DNA from: a virus
Strand: one strand, 5' to 3'
Length of the DNA stretch: 64,000 nt
IMG/VR virus record: IMGVR_UViG_3300036715_001290
Coordinates: 32,001 to 96,000 of that record
Of the stretch, positions 50,038 to 59,727 are shown in pieces (position 1 is the stretch's first letter; each line of letters starts with the position of its first letter). The notes under the pieces are model-generated. The model ran no database searches, had not been told where the DNA came from, and saw only the letters and a list, made by a program, of their open reading frames with translations. The translations under genes and the position numbers were made by a program.

Positions 50038-51636
50038 ATGATTGACTGGAGACCATATTTTCCTTACGAATCTCCTCGTGAACAACAAATACAAGCATTA
50101 GATTTTATATTCAAATCATGGTTTGAAGATAAAAAGAAATTTGCTATACTTGATGCACCTACAGGTGTAGGTAAGTCGGCAATTGCAATGACTGTTGCTA
50201 ATTTTTTTAAAGATGATAGAAATAAAATTAATTCATCATTACGTGGTAGTTATGTAGTTACTACGGAAACAATTCTACAATCACAATATACAAATGAGTA
50301 CTCAGATAAACTTGCTAGCATTTGGTCTAAGAAAAGATATAAATGTGAAGGTAGAGGTGGTGTGACTTGTGATGTTGGTACTATTGTTAATAAGATGACA
50401 GGTGGTATATTTTGTAAATGTCAATATCTAAAAGATAAAGAAAGTTTTATTAAAAGTGATATATCACTAACCAATATGACATTTTTATTAAATCAATTTG
50501 AACATGGTAAAGCAAAGTTTGATACTATTAATCGTAATTGTATGATTATAGATGAAGCTCATAATGCAGAACGTATTATGACTGATTTTGCTACAATAGA
50601 ATTAAGTAAATATTATTTAGAATCTCATAATATAGCTTGGATAGTAAATAATAAACTTGATTATGATAAATTGATTGAATGGGCTCGTGATGTTGTATTT
50701 AAGAAATTAGCAATTAAAAAAGTTGCTATGAATGAACGTCTTGAGAGTTATGCAAAATTAAAAACAAATGTTGAAAATAATGCATCATATAAAAAACTTA
50801 TGGATGATTATATTAATATTGATAAGTTTGTATGTCATTTAGGAATGTTTTTCAAATTGTATGAAAAAAACAAATGGGTATTTTATACAAATGAAGACCA
50901 AACAAGTATATTCTTTAAACCATTATTTTCAAATGAGTTCATGAATATGCTTTATGATAAAGGTGAAAAAATATTATTAATGTCGGCAACTATTTTAGAT
51001 GATAAAATATTTACAAAAGCAAATGGTATTACTAATTATACATATATGACATTAACTTCACCATTTCCTAAAGAAAATAGACCTATACATCATTTAGATT
51101 GTGGTCAATTAAATATGAAGTCAATTTCTAAAACAATGCCTACAATAATTAGTACTATTGAATCATTATTAAGTTTACCTGAACATGCAAATCAAAAAGG
51201 TATTATTCATTGTAATTCATATTTAATATCAAAAGCAATTCAAGCAGGTGTTAAAAATAGACGTTTAATATTTCATAAAACTAGTGATAGAGCAGAAGCA
51301 TTAAAGAAACATCTATTAAGTGATGGTCCTACCGTTTTGGTATCACCATCATTAACCGAAGGTTTGGATTTGATTGATGATTTATCAAGATTTCAGATTA
51401 TAGTAAAAGTACCATTTCCATACTTAGGAGATCATTATATAAAAGCAAAAATGAATCTTATTGATGATTGGTACCAATGGCAAACTGTTAAATGTATAGT
51501 TCAATCTTCAGGACGTAGTGTAAGATCTGAAACTGATTATGCAACTACATATATTTTAGATGGTGATTTTAAGTGGTTTTATAAAAAAAATATTAGTATG
51601 TTCCCACTTTGGTGGAGAGAGGCATTAACAATTTAA
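50038..51636 (+). CDS. DinG/XPD-family SF2 helicase
   Basis: Q motif PREQQ, APTGVGKS, Cys cluster, DEAH, MSAT, EGLD, QSSGRSVR...DY. Confidence 0.88.
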   Translation: MIDWRPYFPYESPREQQIQALDFIFKSWFEDKKKFAILDAPTGVGKSAIAMTVANFFKDDRNKINSSLRGSYVVTTETILQSQYTNEYSDKLASIWSKKRYKCEGRGGVTCDVGTIVNKMTGGIFCKCQYLKDKESFIKSDISLTNMTFLLNQFEHGKAKFDTINRNCMIIDEAHNAERIMTDFATIELSKYYLESHNIAWIVNNKLDYDKLIEWARDVVFKKLAIKKVAMNERLESYAKLKTNVENNASYKKLMDDYINIDKFVCHLGMFFKLYEKNKWVFYTNEDQTSIFFKPLFSNEFMNMLYDKGEKILLMSATILDDKIFTKANGITNYTYMTLTSPFPKENRPIHHLDCGQLNMKSISKTMPTIISTIESLLSLPEHANQKGIIHCNSYLISKAIQAGVKNRRLIFHKTSDRAEALKKHLLSDGPTVLVSPSLTEGLDLIDDLSRFQIIVKVPFPYLGDHYIKAKMNLIDDWYQWQTVKCIVQSSGRSVRSETDYATTYILDGDFKWFYKKNISMFPLWWREALTI

Positions 51637-52814
51637 TGGAAAAAATATCATTCATTATAAGTAATTATAATACTGTTAATTATACTGCATTTTGTTATAA
51701 TAGCATTAGAGAAAATTTAGGATATGAACATGAAGTTGTATTAATTTCTGATGGTTCAACAGATGCTACTGAATTATATTTACAACAAATAAAAGAAGTA
51801 GACCCAAATGTTATAATTCATATAAATCAAAAAGAATCAATAGGTATAGCTCATTCATATAATATGGGTGTAAAATTAGCAACAAATGAAATTGTTTGTA
51901 TATTACATTCTGATATGTATGTTCCTAAAGGATTTGATGAAACTGTATTAAAATATTTAGGAACAAAATATGATTTCATTACTACGTATAGATGCGAACC
52001 ACCACTTTATGGTGAATCTATGGATAAGCATTTAGCATATTATGGTAATGATATTGAATCATTTATGAAAAATGATTATGATAAATGGAATGCAGATTTA
52101 TCAAAACGTGAAGGACAAACTCAAGCAAGAATGTGTTTTCCATTTATAACAACAAAAACTACATATTGGTCAGTTGGTGGTAATGATACATTATTTCTAA
52201 AATATATGGTTGATGATGATGATTTCTATTTAAGATTGGTTATGAATGAAGTAAGATATGCCCAAATAATGGATACTTCAGTTTATCATTTTTGTAGTAG
52301 GTCAACTAAATTCAAAGATGGTGTAAGTAATGAAGGTAGTTTAGAATGGAATACACAATATCAAAAATCAACACGTAATTTTATTAGAAAGTGGGGATAT
52401 TCCCAAGGATCCATTTATAATAATAAAATGGATATAGTTCCAATACCTACATATAATACTCATTTAATTTGTATGTCATTAACTTTAGAACAACTTGGTG
52501 CCGTTGAACCGTGGTTTAGATTTATTACATGTAATAAAGATATATATGATGAATATGTTAAATTGGAACAAAATAATACATTAATTAATTTAGATTCTAA
52601 ATTTACAACAGATGTATCAAATTCCGATGTATTAGTTGAGATTGAAAATCTAAATCCAGAAATGTTTAAGGTTTTTAATGTATTACAAAAAGTTATTTTC
52701 AATACCAAAATAGGTAAGCATAATATTAATGAGTTTGGTATTTTATTAACTATAAAAAATAAGATAGATCTTTCTGAGTCATTAATAGTCAATGATAGAT
52801 TATATCATTGTTGA
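51636..52814 (+). CDS. Glycosyltransferase family 2
   Basis: ISFIISNYN, ISDGSTD, N.GV..A, LHSD, GG.D..F....DDDD; start probably ATG 51636. Confidence 0.88.
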   Translation: MEKISFIISNYNTVNYTAFCYNSIRENLGYEHEVVLISDGSTDATELYLQQIKEVDPNVIIHINQKESIGIAHSYNMGVKLATNEIVCILHSDMYVPKGFDETVLKYLGTKYDFITTYRCEPPLYGESMDKHLAYYGNDIESFMKNDYDKWNADLSKREGQTQARMCFPFITTKTTYWSVGGNDTLFLKYMVDDDDFYLRLVMNEVRYAQIMDTSVYHFCSRSTKFKDGVSNEGSLEWNTQYQKSTRNFIRKWGYSQGSIYNNKMDIVPIPTYNTHLICMSLTLEQLGAVEPWFRFITCNKDIYDEYVKLEQNNTLINLDSKFTTDVSNSDVLVEIENLNPEMFKVFNVLQKVIFNTKIGKHNINEFGILLTIKNKIDLSESLIVNDRLYHC

Positions 52815-52839
52815 CATTTCAAAAATAAATAGTTATATT
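52811..52839 (+). promoter_or_regulatory. Sigma70-like promoter before the DNA polymerase gene
   Basis: TTGACA-N17-TATATT, 23 nt upstream of ATG 52863. Confidence 0.6.
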
Positions 52840-52862
52840 ACTATATAAATTAAAGGTTATTC

Positions 52863-55412
52863 ATGTATCAAAATATATATTACGATTATAAAACTAATAC
52901 AATGCATTTGTGGGATGATGAACAAGGCTACAAATCATTTAGATATAATCGTAAAGCATACATCCCAACTGATGATATGGATTCAAAATACATATCTATG
53001 TATGGTGATAGGTTAGATGAAATAATATTAAAAAAAGGAACTCAAGGAAATGATGAAATTAAGTTATTTGGTTCTGACTTAAAACCAGAAAATCAAGTAC
53101 TTATTGATTTATATTTGGATTTAGATACAAATGTTTTAGCTAAACATAAAGTAGTTTGTTTTGATATTGAAGTAGATACTACTTATACATTTCCAAAACC
53201 AGAGGATGCAAATAATACAATTATATCAGTAGCAAAATTTGATTATGTTACTAATAAGCATACATGTTATGTATTAGATCCTACAGGAACCTTAAGTGAT
53301 GAAGATGGTTATCAAACATTAAATGATAAACAATATGCAGCATCTATTAGGATTTTTGATAATGAAGTAGATTTAATGGCTGCATTTATTAATGAATTAG
53401 ATGCTACAATATTAACAGGTTGGTTTATTGATGAGTTTGATATTCCATATATAATAAATCGGCTATATAAAATAGCTCCTGAATTAGTTCCTCTTTTATC
53501 GCCTATTAAAAAGGTTGAGTATAAAGAATATCAAAAGAAATATGTAATTGCAGGTATATCGGTACTTGATTATTTAAGTCTTTATAAAAAGTTTACATTC
53601 TCACAAGAACCATCATATAGATTAGATTATATTGCTAAAAAAGAATTAGGTGTTGGTAAAGTTGAATATGAAGGAAGATTATCTGATTTATATAGAACCG
53701 ATATTAAGAAATTCATTAAATATAACATTACAGATAATCAACGTGTAGTTGATATTGATAAAAAAGTAAAGTTTATAGATAATACAATAGCAATTGCTCA
53801 AAAAGGTAAAATTCCATATGAAGATATTCATTCATCATCAAGATATATTGATGGTGCAATCATATCTTATCTTAAAAAGAAAAATATTATAGTAACAAAT
53901 AAACCAGAAAAAGATTTTTCAGCATCAACTGATAAATTTGAAGGTGCTCTTGTAAAGATGCCTATGGTTGGTTTATTTGAATGGATTTATGATTTAGATT
54001 TAACATCTCTTTATCCTTCAATTATTATGACATTAAATATTTCACCTGAAACTAAATTAATGAAAATTGAAAATTGGGATCATGTTAAATATGCAAGTGG
54101 TGAATCTCATATATGGAATGTTTATCATTTTGTTAAACAAAAATCGGCTCTTATACCTAATAATACATTAAAGGAATTGTTTTTATCTAAAGGATATCAT
54201 ATTTCTACAAATGGTATTGTGTATGAAAATAAGAATGTACGAAAAGGTATTATACCTGAAATTTTGGAAGTTTGGTTTACCGAACGTATTAAGTATAAAA
54301 ACCTAATGAAGAAATTTGCAAAAGAAGGCAATGCTGAAATGTATGACTTCTATGATAAATTACAATATGTACAAAAAGTACTACTTAATACCGTGTATGG
54401 TGTTTTAGGTATGCGCGGATTTAGATTTTATGATTTGGATAATGCAGTTGCTGTTACTAAAACAGGTCAACATATTATTATGTGGTCCCAGTTAAAAGGT
54501 AATGAATATAAAAATATAAAATTGAAAACAATAGATAAAGATTATTGCATCTATTCTGATACTGATTCTGCATTTTTTACGGCAGCTGATTTTGTTAAGG
54601 GTTTATCTGAAGAAGAAGCATTACAAAAAGTAATGAAAGTTTCAGATGCAACTCAAAAATATATAAATGATTCTTATAATGAATTTTGTTTAGAGTATAT
54701 GAATACATCTACTCATAGAATAGAAATTAAAAAAGAACTTATATGTCGTAGAGGTTTCTGGGAAGGTACTAAAAAACGTTATGGTCTAAAGGTTATAATC
54801 AGGGAAGGTATACCTGAAGAAAAATATATCTTTAAAGGTATAGAAATTGTTAAGTCATCATTTCCACCTGCATTCAAAACTGCATTGGAATTAGCGGCAA
54901 GATCTATATTAGATGGTGTTGATAAAAAAGATGTTGATAAAATTATATTAGATTTGGAAGATGGTATTGAGGGTTATGAAGCTAAAACATTAGCAAAGGT
55001 AACATCAATTACAGATATAAAAAAATATTGTAAAAACCCAAATGCACGTAATATTTATTATAAATCAATTTTATCAAATATTAATAAAGGTACTCCTGCA
55101 CACGTAAGAGCATCTATCTATTATAATAATTTAATGGATCATTTTGGTATTACTAATATTCCACATATTGGTAATGATGAAAAAGTAAAGTGGGTTTATC
55201 TAAAGGATAATCCATTGAAGTTACAGAATTTAGCATTTCGTGGTTATGATGACCCTCAAGAAATATTAGACTTTATTGAAACATTTTGTGATAAACAAAG
55301 AATGTATGAATCAGAAATGAAAACAAAAGTTGTTTCTATTTATCATGCATTAGGTTGGCGGCTACCAAATAAAAATAGCGAACAATTAGAATCATTTTTC
55401 AAATTCGATTAA
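52863..55412 (+). CDS. Family B DNA polymerase (gp43-like)
   Basis: FDIEV ExoI, FDIPY ExoII, YNITD ExoIII, DLTSLYPSII, K..LN..YG, YSDTDS, KKRY. Confidence 0.97.
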   Translation: MYQNIYYDYKTNTMHLWDDEQGYKSFRYNRKAYIPTDDMDSKYISMYGDRLDEIILKKGTQGNDEIKLFGSDLKPENQVLIDLYLDLDTNVLAKHKVVCFDIEVDTTYTFPKPEDANNTIISVAKFDYVTNKHTCYVLDPTGTLSDEDGYQTLNDKQYAASIRIFDNEVDLMAAFINELDATILTGWFIDEFDIPYIINRLYKIAPELVPLLSPIKKVEYKEYQKKYVIAGISVLDYLSLYKKFTFSQEPSYRLDYIAKKELGVGKVEYEGRLSDLYRTDIKKFIKYNITDNQRVVDIDKKVKFIDNTIAIAQKGKIPYEDIHSSSRYIDGAIISYLKKKNIIVTNKPEKDFSASTDKFEGALVKMPMVGLFEWIYDLDLTSLYPSIIMTLNISPETKLMKIENWDHVKYASGESHIWNVYHFVKQKSALIPNNTLKELFLSKGYHISTNGIVYENKNVRKGIIPEILEVWFTERIKYKNLMKKFAKEGNAEMYDFYDKLQYVQKVLLNTVYGVLGMRGFRFYDLDNAVAVTKTGQHIIMWSQLKGNEYKNIKLKTIDKDYCIYSDTDSAFFTAADFVKGLSEEEALQKVMKVSDATQKYINDSYNEFCLEYMNTSTHRIEIKKELICRRGFWEGTKKRYGLKVIIREGIPEEKYIFKGIEIVKSSFPPAFKTALELAARSILDGVDKKDVDKIILDLEDGIEGYEAKTLAKVTSITDIKKYCKNPNARNIYYKSILSNINKGTPAHVRASIYYNNLMDHFGITNIPHIGNDEKVKWVYLKDNPLKLQNLAFRGYDDPQEILDFIETFCDKQRMYESEMKTKVVSIYHALGWRLPNKNSEQLESFFKFD

Positions 55413-55431
55413 CATAATAAAAAGGTTATAT

Positions 55432-56217
55432 ATGAGTGATACTGCAGTAAAAACAGTAATAAGTAAAAAAGTTATTTCTTCATTTATGGAGAAATATAAT
55501 TTAATTAAAGAAGAAACCGATGCCGCAATTTGGTTGATTGAGAAGAACTCAATATCAACTAAATTTAGAACGGCCGCAGGAGATTTCTTTGGTCAAGTAA
55601 AATTTGATGATGTTGAGGATTTCGTTGATATTGAAGAATCAATTCAACTTCCAGTTTATGAATCATCGGAATTACAAAAATACATCAATGTATTAGGTGA
55701 TCATATTGATACGCAAATTATAACAAATGAAGATAATGTTGCATTCAAATTGAAAATGTCGGATGACAGTGGAAGTGTTGCATATACACTTGCTGACATG
55801 GCTGTTTTCACTAAAAAGACAATGAGTAAAGATGGTCAAATCAAATATGATTTTACATTTAACATTACACCTGAATTTAGAGCAAAGTTTCTAAATGCAT
55901 TAAATGCTATTGGTGAAACAAATCAACAAGGTTTGGCTAATAAATTTGTCATTAGCTCTAATGGTGATACTCGAGTATTAAAGTTTATCACAAATAATAA
56001 TGTTATATCTATTAACATTTTAGAAAATGATGTTGATGTTGATGGAACCGTTAATGCATATTTTAGAGCCGATTATCTTAAAAAGATTTTATCTGTTAAT
56101 AAAAACGCAACCGTTTTATTTTCAATTAAAGCTGGAAAATTTGCTGAAGTTGAATGTACCGATATTTTTGAAAATGTTACTATAACAAACAATTACTTTT
56201 TAACACAGGTAGTATAA
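55432..56217 (+). CDS. Sliding clamp (gp45-like)
   Basis: Size, alternating beta/alpha character, and position between polymerase and clamp loader. Confidence 0.65.
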   Translation: MSDTAVKTVISKKVISSFMEKYNLIKEETDAAIWLIEKNSISTKFRTAAGDFFGQVKFDDVEDFVDIEESIQLPVYESSELQKYINVLGDHIDTQIITNEDNVAFKLKMSDDSGSVAYTLADMAVFTKKTMSKDGQIKYDFTFNITPEFRAKFLNALNAIGETNQQGLANKFVISSNGDTRVLKFITNNNVISINILENDVDVDGTVNAYFRADYLKKILSVNKNATVLFSIKAGKFAEVECTDIFENVTITNNYFLTQVV

Positions 56218-56220
56218 TAA

Positions 56221-57153
56221 ATGGATGTACTTAACAAAGTATGGTTCGAGAAATATAGACCTAAGACATTAGATGAATTGATATTAAATGATGATATTCG
56301 TGAAAGACTTCAAAGTTTAATTGATAAGGATGAAATACAACATCTATTATTATTTGGTACTGCGGGAATAGGTAAAACTACTCTCGCAAAAATATTAGTT
56401 AATACGTTAAATTGTTCATATCTATATATTAATGCATCTGATGAAAATGGTGTAGATACTATTAGATATAAAATAAAATCATTTGTTTCAACCTATAGTG
56501 AAAATAAATTCAAAATAGTTATATTAGATGAAGCTGATTTTCTTACAATACAATTTCAAGCAATTTTACGTCCAGTAATGGAGGAATTTTCCGATGTTGC
56601 TAGATTTATTTTAACCTGTAATTATGAAGAAAGAATTATAGAACCTATTCGTTCAAGATGTACATCGATACAATTGAGTAGTTATTCTATTGTTGATGCC
56701 GCTAAATATATTATTAAAATACTTGATGCCGAAAATATTAAATATGATTTGAAAGACATTAAACCAATTATTACATCATATTTTCCAGATATGAGAAAGA
56801 TTGTTAATGAAATAGAATCACATTCTATTAATGGTGTATTTAAGTTACCTTCCGAAACGACAATGACATCTACATATGTAGAATCAATATTTGGTATACT
56901 TAAACGTAAAACAACAAATATAAATAAAGATTATGCAGAGATTAGAACTATTGTTGATGAAAATAAAATCAAAATATTTAATCCATTGTATACACAATTA
57001 TTCAAAAATATCAGTACATTATTTAACTCTGATATTGTACCTGATGCTATATTAGCAATTGCAGAATCACAATTTCAAGATACTTTAGTTTTTGATAAAG
57101 AGATTACTTTTATTGCATGTATAATAAAACTATTAACTATTAAAAAAGGATAA
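56221..57153 (+). CDS. Clamp loader AAA+ subunit (gp44 / RFC-small-like)
   Basis: WFEKYRP, G.AGIGKTT, NASDE.G, ILDEAD, SRC. Confidence 0.95.
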   Translation: MDVLNKVWFEKYRPKTLDELILNDDIRERLQSLIDKDEIQHLLLFGTAGIGKTTLAKILVNTLNCSYLYINASDENGVDTIRYKIKSFVSTYSENKFKIVILDEADFLTIQFQAILRPVMEEFSDVARFILTCNYEERIIEPIRSRCTSIQLSSYSIVDAAKYIIKILDAENIKYDLKDIKPIITSYFPDMRKIVNEIESHSINGVFKLPSETTMTSTYVESIFGILKRKTTNINKDYAEIRTIVDENKIKIFNPLYTQLFKNISTLFNSDIVPDAILAIAESQFQDTLVFDKEITFIACIIKLLTIKKG

Positions 57154-57156
57154 GTC

Positions 57157-57432
57157 ATGGGCCAACCAACTAAAATAAACCAACCTAAAATAGATCTTAA
57201 TTCATTAGAAACAATGGAATGTGAAGCATGTGGAGGAAGACTTTGGTCTGAATTATCATATATGAAAATTGTACCTGCCTTATTATCTAATACTGGTAAA
57301 CCTGGGTTAGTTCCAATCCCAGTTGTTGCATGTGCAAATTGTCTTCATGTTAATGAAACATTTAATCCAATTAAAGTAATTACCGTTGAACATGAAATGC
57401 CTGCACCACAATCAAGCCTATTAGTAAAATAA
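57157..57432 (+). CDS. Small Zn-ribbon protein
   Basis: CEACG...CANC. Confidence 0.65.
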   Translation: MGQPTKINQPKIDLNSLETMECEACGGRLWSELSYMKIVPALLSNTGKPGLVPIPVVACANCLHVNETFNPIKVITVEHEMPAPQSSLLVK

Positions 57433-57433
57433 T

Positions 57434-57865
57434 ATGACAAATAAATCGGTTGATTTGTTTTGGTTCTTATCACAAATTCTTAAGGATAAGAACCAAAATA
57501 TTTTTGATGAATTATCGGATGTTGATAAAAATAAATGGTCTACATTTATGATAGATAAATATCTATCAATGGACCCAATGTATACTATATTAATTTCGGA
57601 TTTTTCAAGATACTCATTGTCATTACCACGTGAAATTGTATATAAGTTTTATTCAAATTTAATACCAAAAAGAACAAATACCTTTATTAGATATATAAAA
57701 GGCTCAAAGAAAACACAAACACATTCTCCTGAATTTATTGAGAAATTACAAGCTATGTATGAGTGTTCAAAAAAAGATGCTTTACAATATGCAAATCTTT
57801 TTAGTAAAGATGAAGAAGCCGCATATATGTTAAAATTTGGTATTATTAAAAAGAAAGAAAAATAA
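57434..57865 (+). CDS. Clamp loader small subunit (gp62-like)
   Basis: FMI.KYLSM, Y.F....IPK.....YIK, Y.CS...A.QY. Confidence 0.7.
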   Translation: MTNKSVDLFWFLSQILKDKNQNIFDELSDVDKNKWSTFMIDKYLSMDPMYTILISDFSRYSLSLPREIVYKFYSNLIPKRTNTFIRYIKGSKKTQTHSPEFIEKLQAMYECSKKDALQYANLFSKDEEAAYMLKFGIIKKKEK

Positions 57866-58092
57866 TGTTTGGTTCTTTTGCTAAAACCTTTGATGCATAT
57901 GTTGAATATTGTAAAGCCAATAATATACCATTACCTAAGGTTAAATTAGTTAAACAAGATGATGTAACACCACAAAAGTTATCACCACCTGTTTGTTTAG
58001 TATATTATTTAGATTTTAAGTATAAAGGTAAATCAATGACAATAAATAATGAACAAAAATTTGATGATGAAAATAGTATAAAACAAATGTAA
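57865..58092 (+). CDS. Hypothetical protein
   Basis: TAATG-coupled ORF. Confidence 0.45.
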   Translation: MFGSFAKTFDAYVEYCKANNIPLPKVKLVKQDDVTPQKLSPPVCLVYYLDFKYKGKSMTINNEQKFDDENSIKQM

Positions 58093-58128
58093 GCACTATT
58101 TATACATAACAACATAAAGGAATTATAA

Positions 58129-59289
58129 ATGAAAACACAATTATGTATCGGCCCTATGAGTGACGAACTAATATTAGTTGCTGATAAACTTAGCAAAAAA
58201 TATGAAATTGATATTCCACTTATAGCAAGTAGAAATCAAGTTGATTATGATAATGGGTATGTATGTACTACATTAGAATTAAATGATAAATTAAACAAAT
58301 TAGATAATTCACATTTAAAGATGTGTAGAGATCATGCAGGTCCATTCTTAAAACAATCTGATAAAGGATTGAATATAATGGATGCAATGTCAGAAGTAAT
58401 GAAAACTATATTCAATGATATCATTAATGGTTTTACAACTATTCATATAGATCCTTCAGTAGGAACAAATATGTATGGAGAAGCAACATATGACCAATAT
58501 AATTTATTTAATGATGATAGTATTAATTATGGTTTAGAACCTAAACAAGCTGTTAATGTTATAATATCCAGAAGTAGATATCTTTTTGAATATGCTCAGA
58601 GTATTGCAAAATCATATAAAGTCGTATTAAATTATGAATTTGGTACTGAAGAACAAAATGGTAATTTACAAGATATTGAATTAATGAATTATTTTTTAAG
58701 TAAAATTAAAAATATATTTCGTGAAAATTTATCAGATTGGCCTGTTAATGATATTCATATAGTTTGTCAAACCGGAACATTAGTAAGTGGTGTTAGTAAT
58801 ATTGGTAAATATCCAACATTTACACAACATGAAAAGAGCGAATTACAGGATGTAATAAATTTAATTCATGCATACGGTTTTAAAGTAAAGGAACATAACT
58901 TAGATTATTTACCTGAGTATCTTTTACATGAACGTCATGAATTATGTATTGATGCAAGTAATGTTGCTCCAGAATTTGGTGTAACACAAACAAGAACATT
59001 ATTAAATTTATTTGGTAAGAATACTCAATTTATGGATTGTGTAACGGAATTAGTAAATAAAACAAACATGTGGAAAAAATGGTTACCTGCTGATGCAAAT
59101 GATATACAAAAGATTGAGGCTGCTTTACATTATGATTTTACAAATCCACAATTAAAATCATTATTAACAAAATTAAGTAAATCAACACCAAATTATTCTG
59201 AATATATTCAACATGATTTAGAAGTTGTTATGAACAAATATTTACATGCATTTAATCTAATTGAAAGCGATTTATGGAAAATAAAGTAA
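58129..59289 (+). CDS. GatZ/KbaZ-like TIM-barrel sugar-phosphate epimerase/aldolase
   Basis: ASRNQVD, RDHAGP, IHIDPS, YEFGTEE, V.QTGT, KEHNLDY, NVAPEFG. Confidence 0.75.
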   Translation: MKTQLCIGPMSDELILVADKLSKKYEIDIPLIASRNQVDYDNGYVCTTLELNDKLNKLDNSHLKMCRDHAGPFLKQSDKGLNIMDAMSEVMKTIFNDIINGFTTIHIDPSVGTNMYGEATYDQYNLFNDDSINYGLEPKQAVNVIISRSRYLFEYAQSIAKSYKVVLNYEFGTEEQNGNLQDIELMNYFLSKIKNIFRENLSDWPVNDIHIVCQTGTLVSGVSNIGKYPTFTQHEKSELQDVINLIHAYGFKVKEHNLDYLPEYLLHERHELCIDASNVAPEFGVTQTRTLLNLFGKNTQFMDCVTELVNKTNMWKKWLPADANDIQKIEAALHYDFTNPQLKSLLTKLSKSTPNYSEYIQHDLEVVMNKYLHAFNLIESDLWKIK

Positions 59290-59726
59290 TTGATAAACCT
59301 TGGGGTAGTGAAGAACTCTTATCATTAAATGATAAGTATTGTATGAAATTATTAAAGATGAATCCTGATGAAAGATGTTCATTACAATATCATCAACATA
59401 AACATGAAACTGTATATTGTATTAGTGGTATATTAATTGTATCACATGTACCTAACTTTGATGCAAATGATCTTAACAATACCATTACTATGTGGAATGA
59501 TGTTTTAAGTGGTAAGTTAAATAAAATTGTTGAATTATACCCAGGTGATTATATTGTTATTCCAGTTGGTATGATTCATCAAATGATAGTACCTGCTGAC
59601 CAACAACAAGCAACACAATATCTTGAAGCATCTACACCTGAGCTTGATGATGTAATTCGTTTGAAAGATGCTTATGGTAGAATTACTGATGATTTATTTA
59701 TTCCTTATTCAAATGAAAGAATTTAA
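59274..59726 (+). CDS. Cupin, mannose-6-phosphate isomerase type II-like
   Basis: KPWGSE, SLQYHQHKHET, PGD...IP.G.IH, EASTPELDDVIR..D.YGR. Confidence 0.85.
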   Translation: MENKVIDKPWGSEELLSLNDKYCMKLLKMNPDERCSLQYHQHKHETVYCISGILIVSHVPNFDANDLNNTITMWNDVLSGKLNKIVELYPGDYIVIPVGMIHQMIVPADQQQATQYLEASTPELDDVIRLKDAYGRITDDLFIPYSNERI

Positions 59727-59727
59727 T

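Noticed and set aside
2166-55412. Inteins or introns in TerL, helicase, RNR or PolB
   Set aside because: Lengths are normal and the motifs are contiguous.
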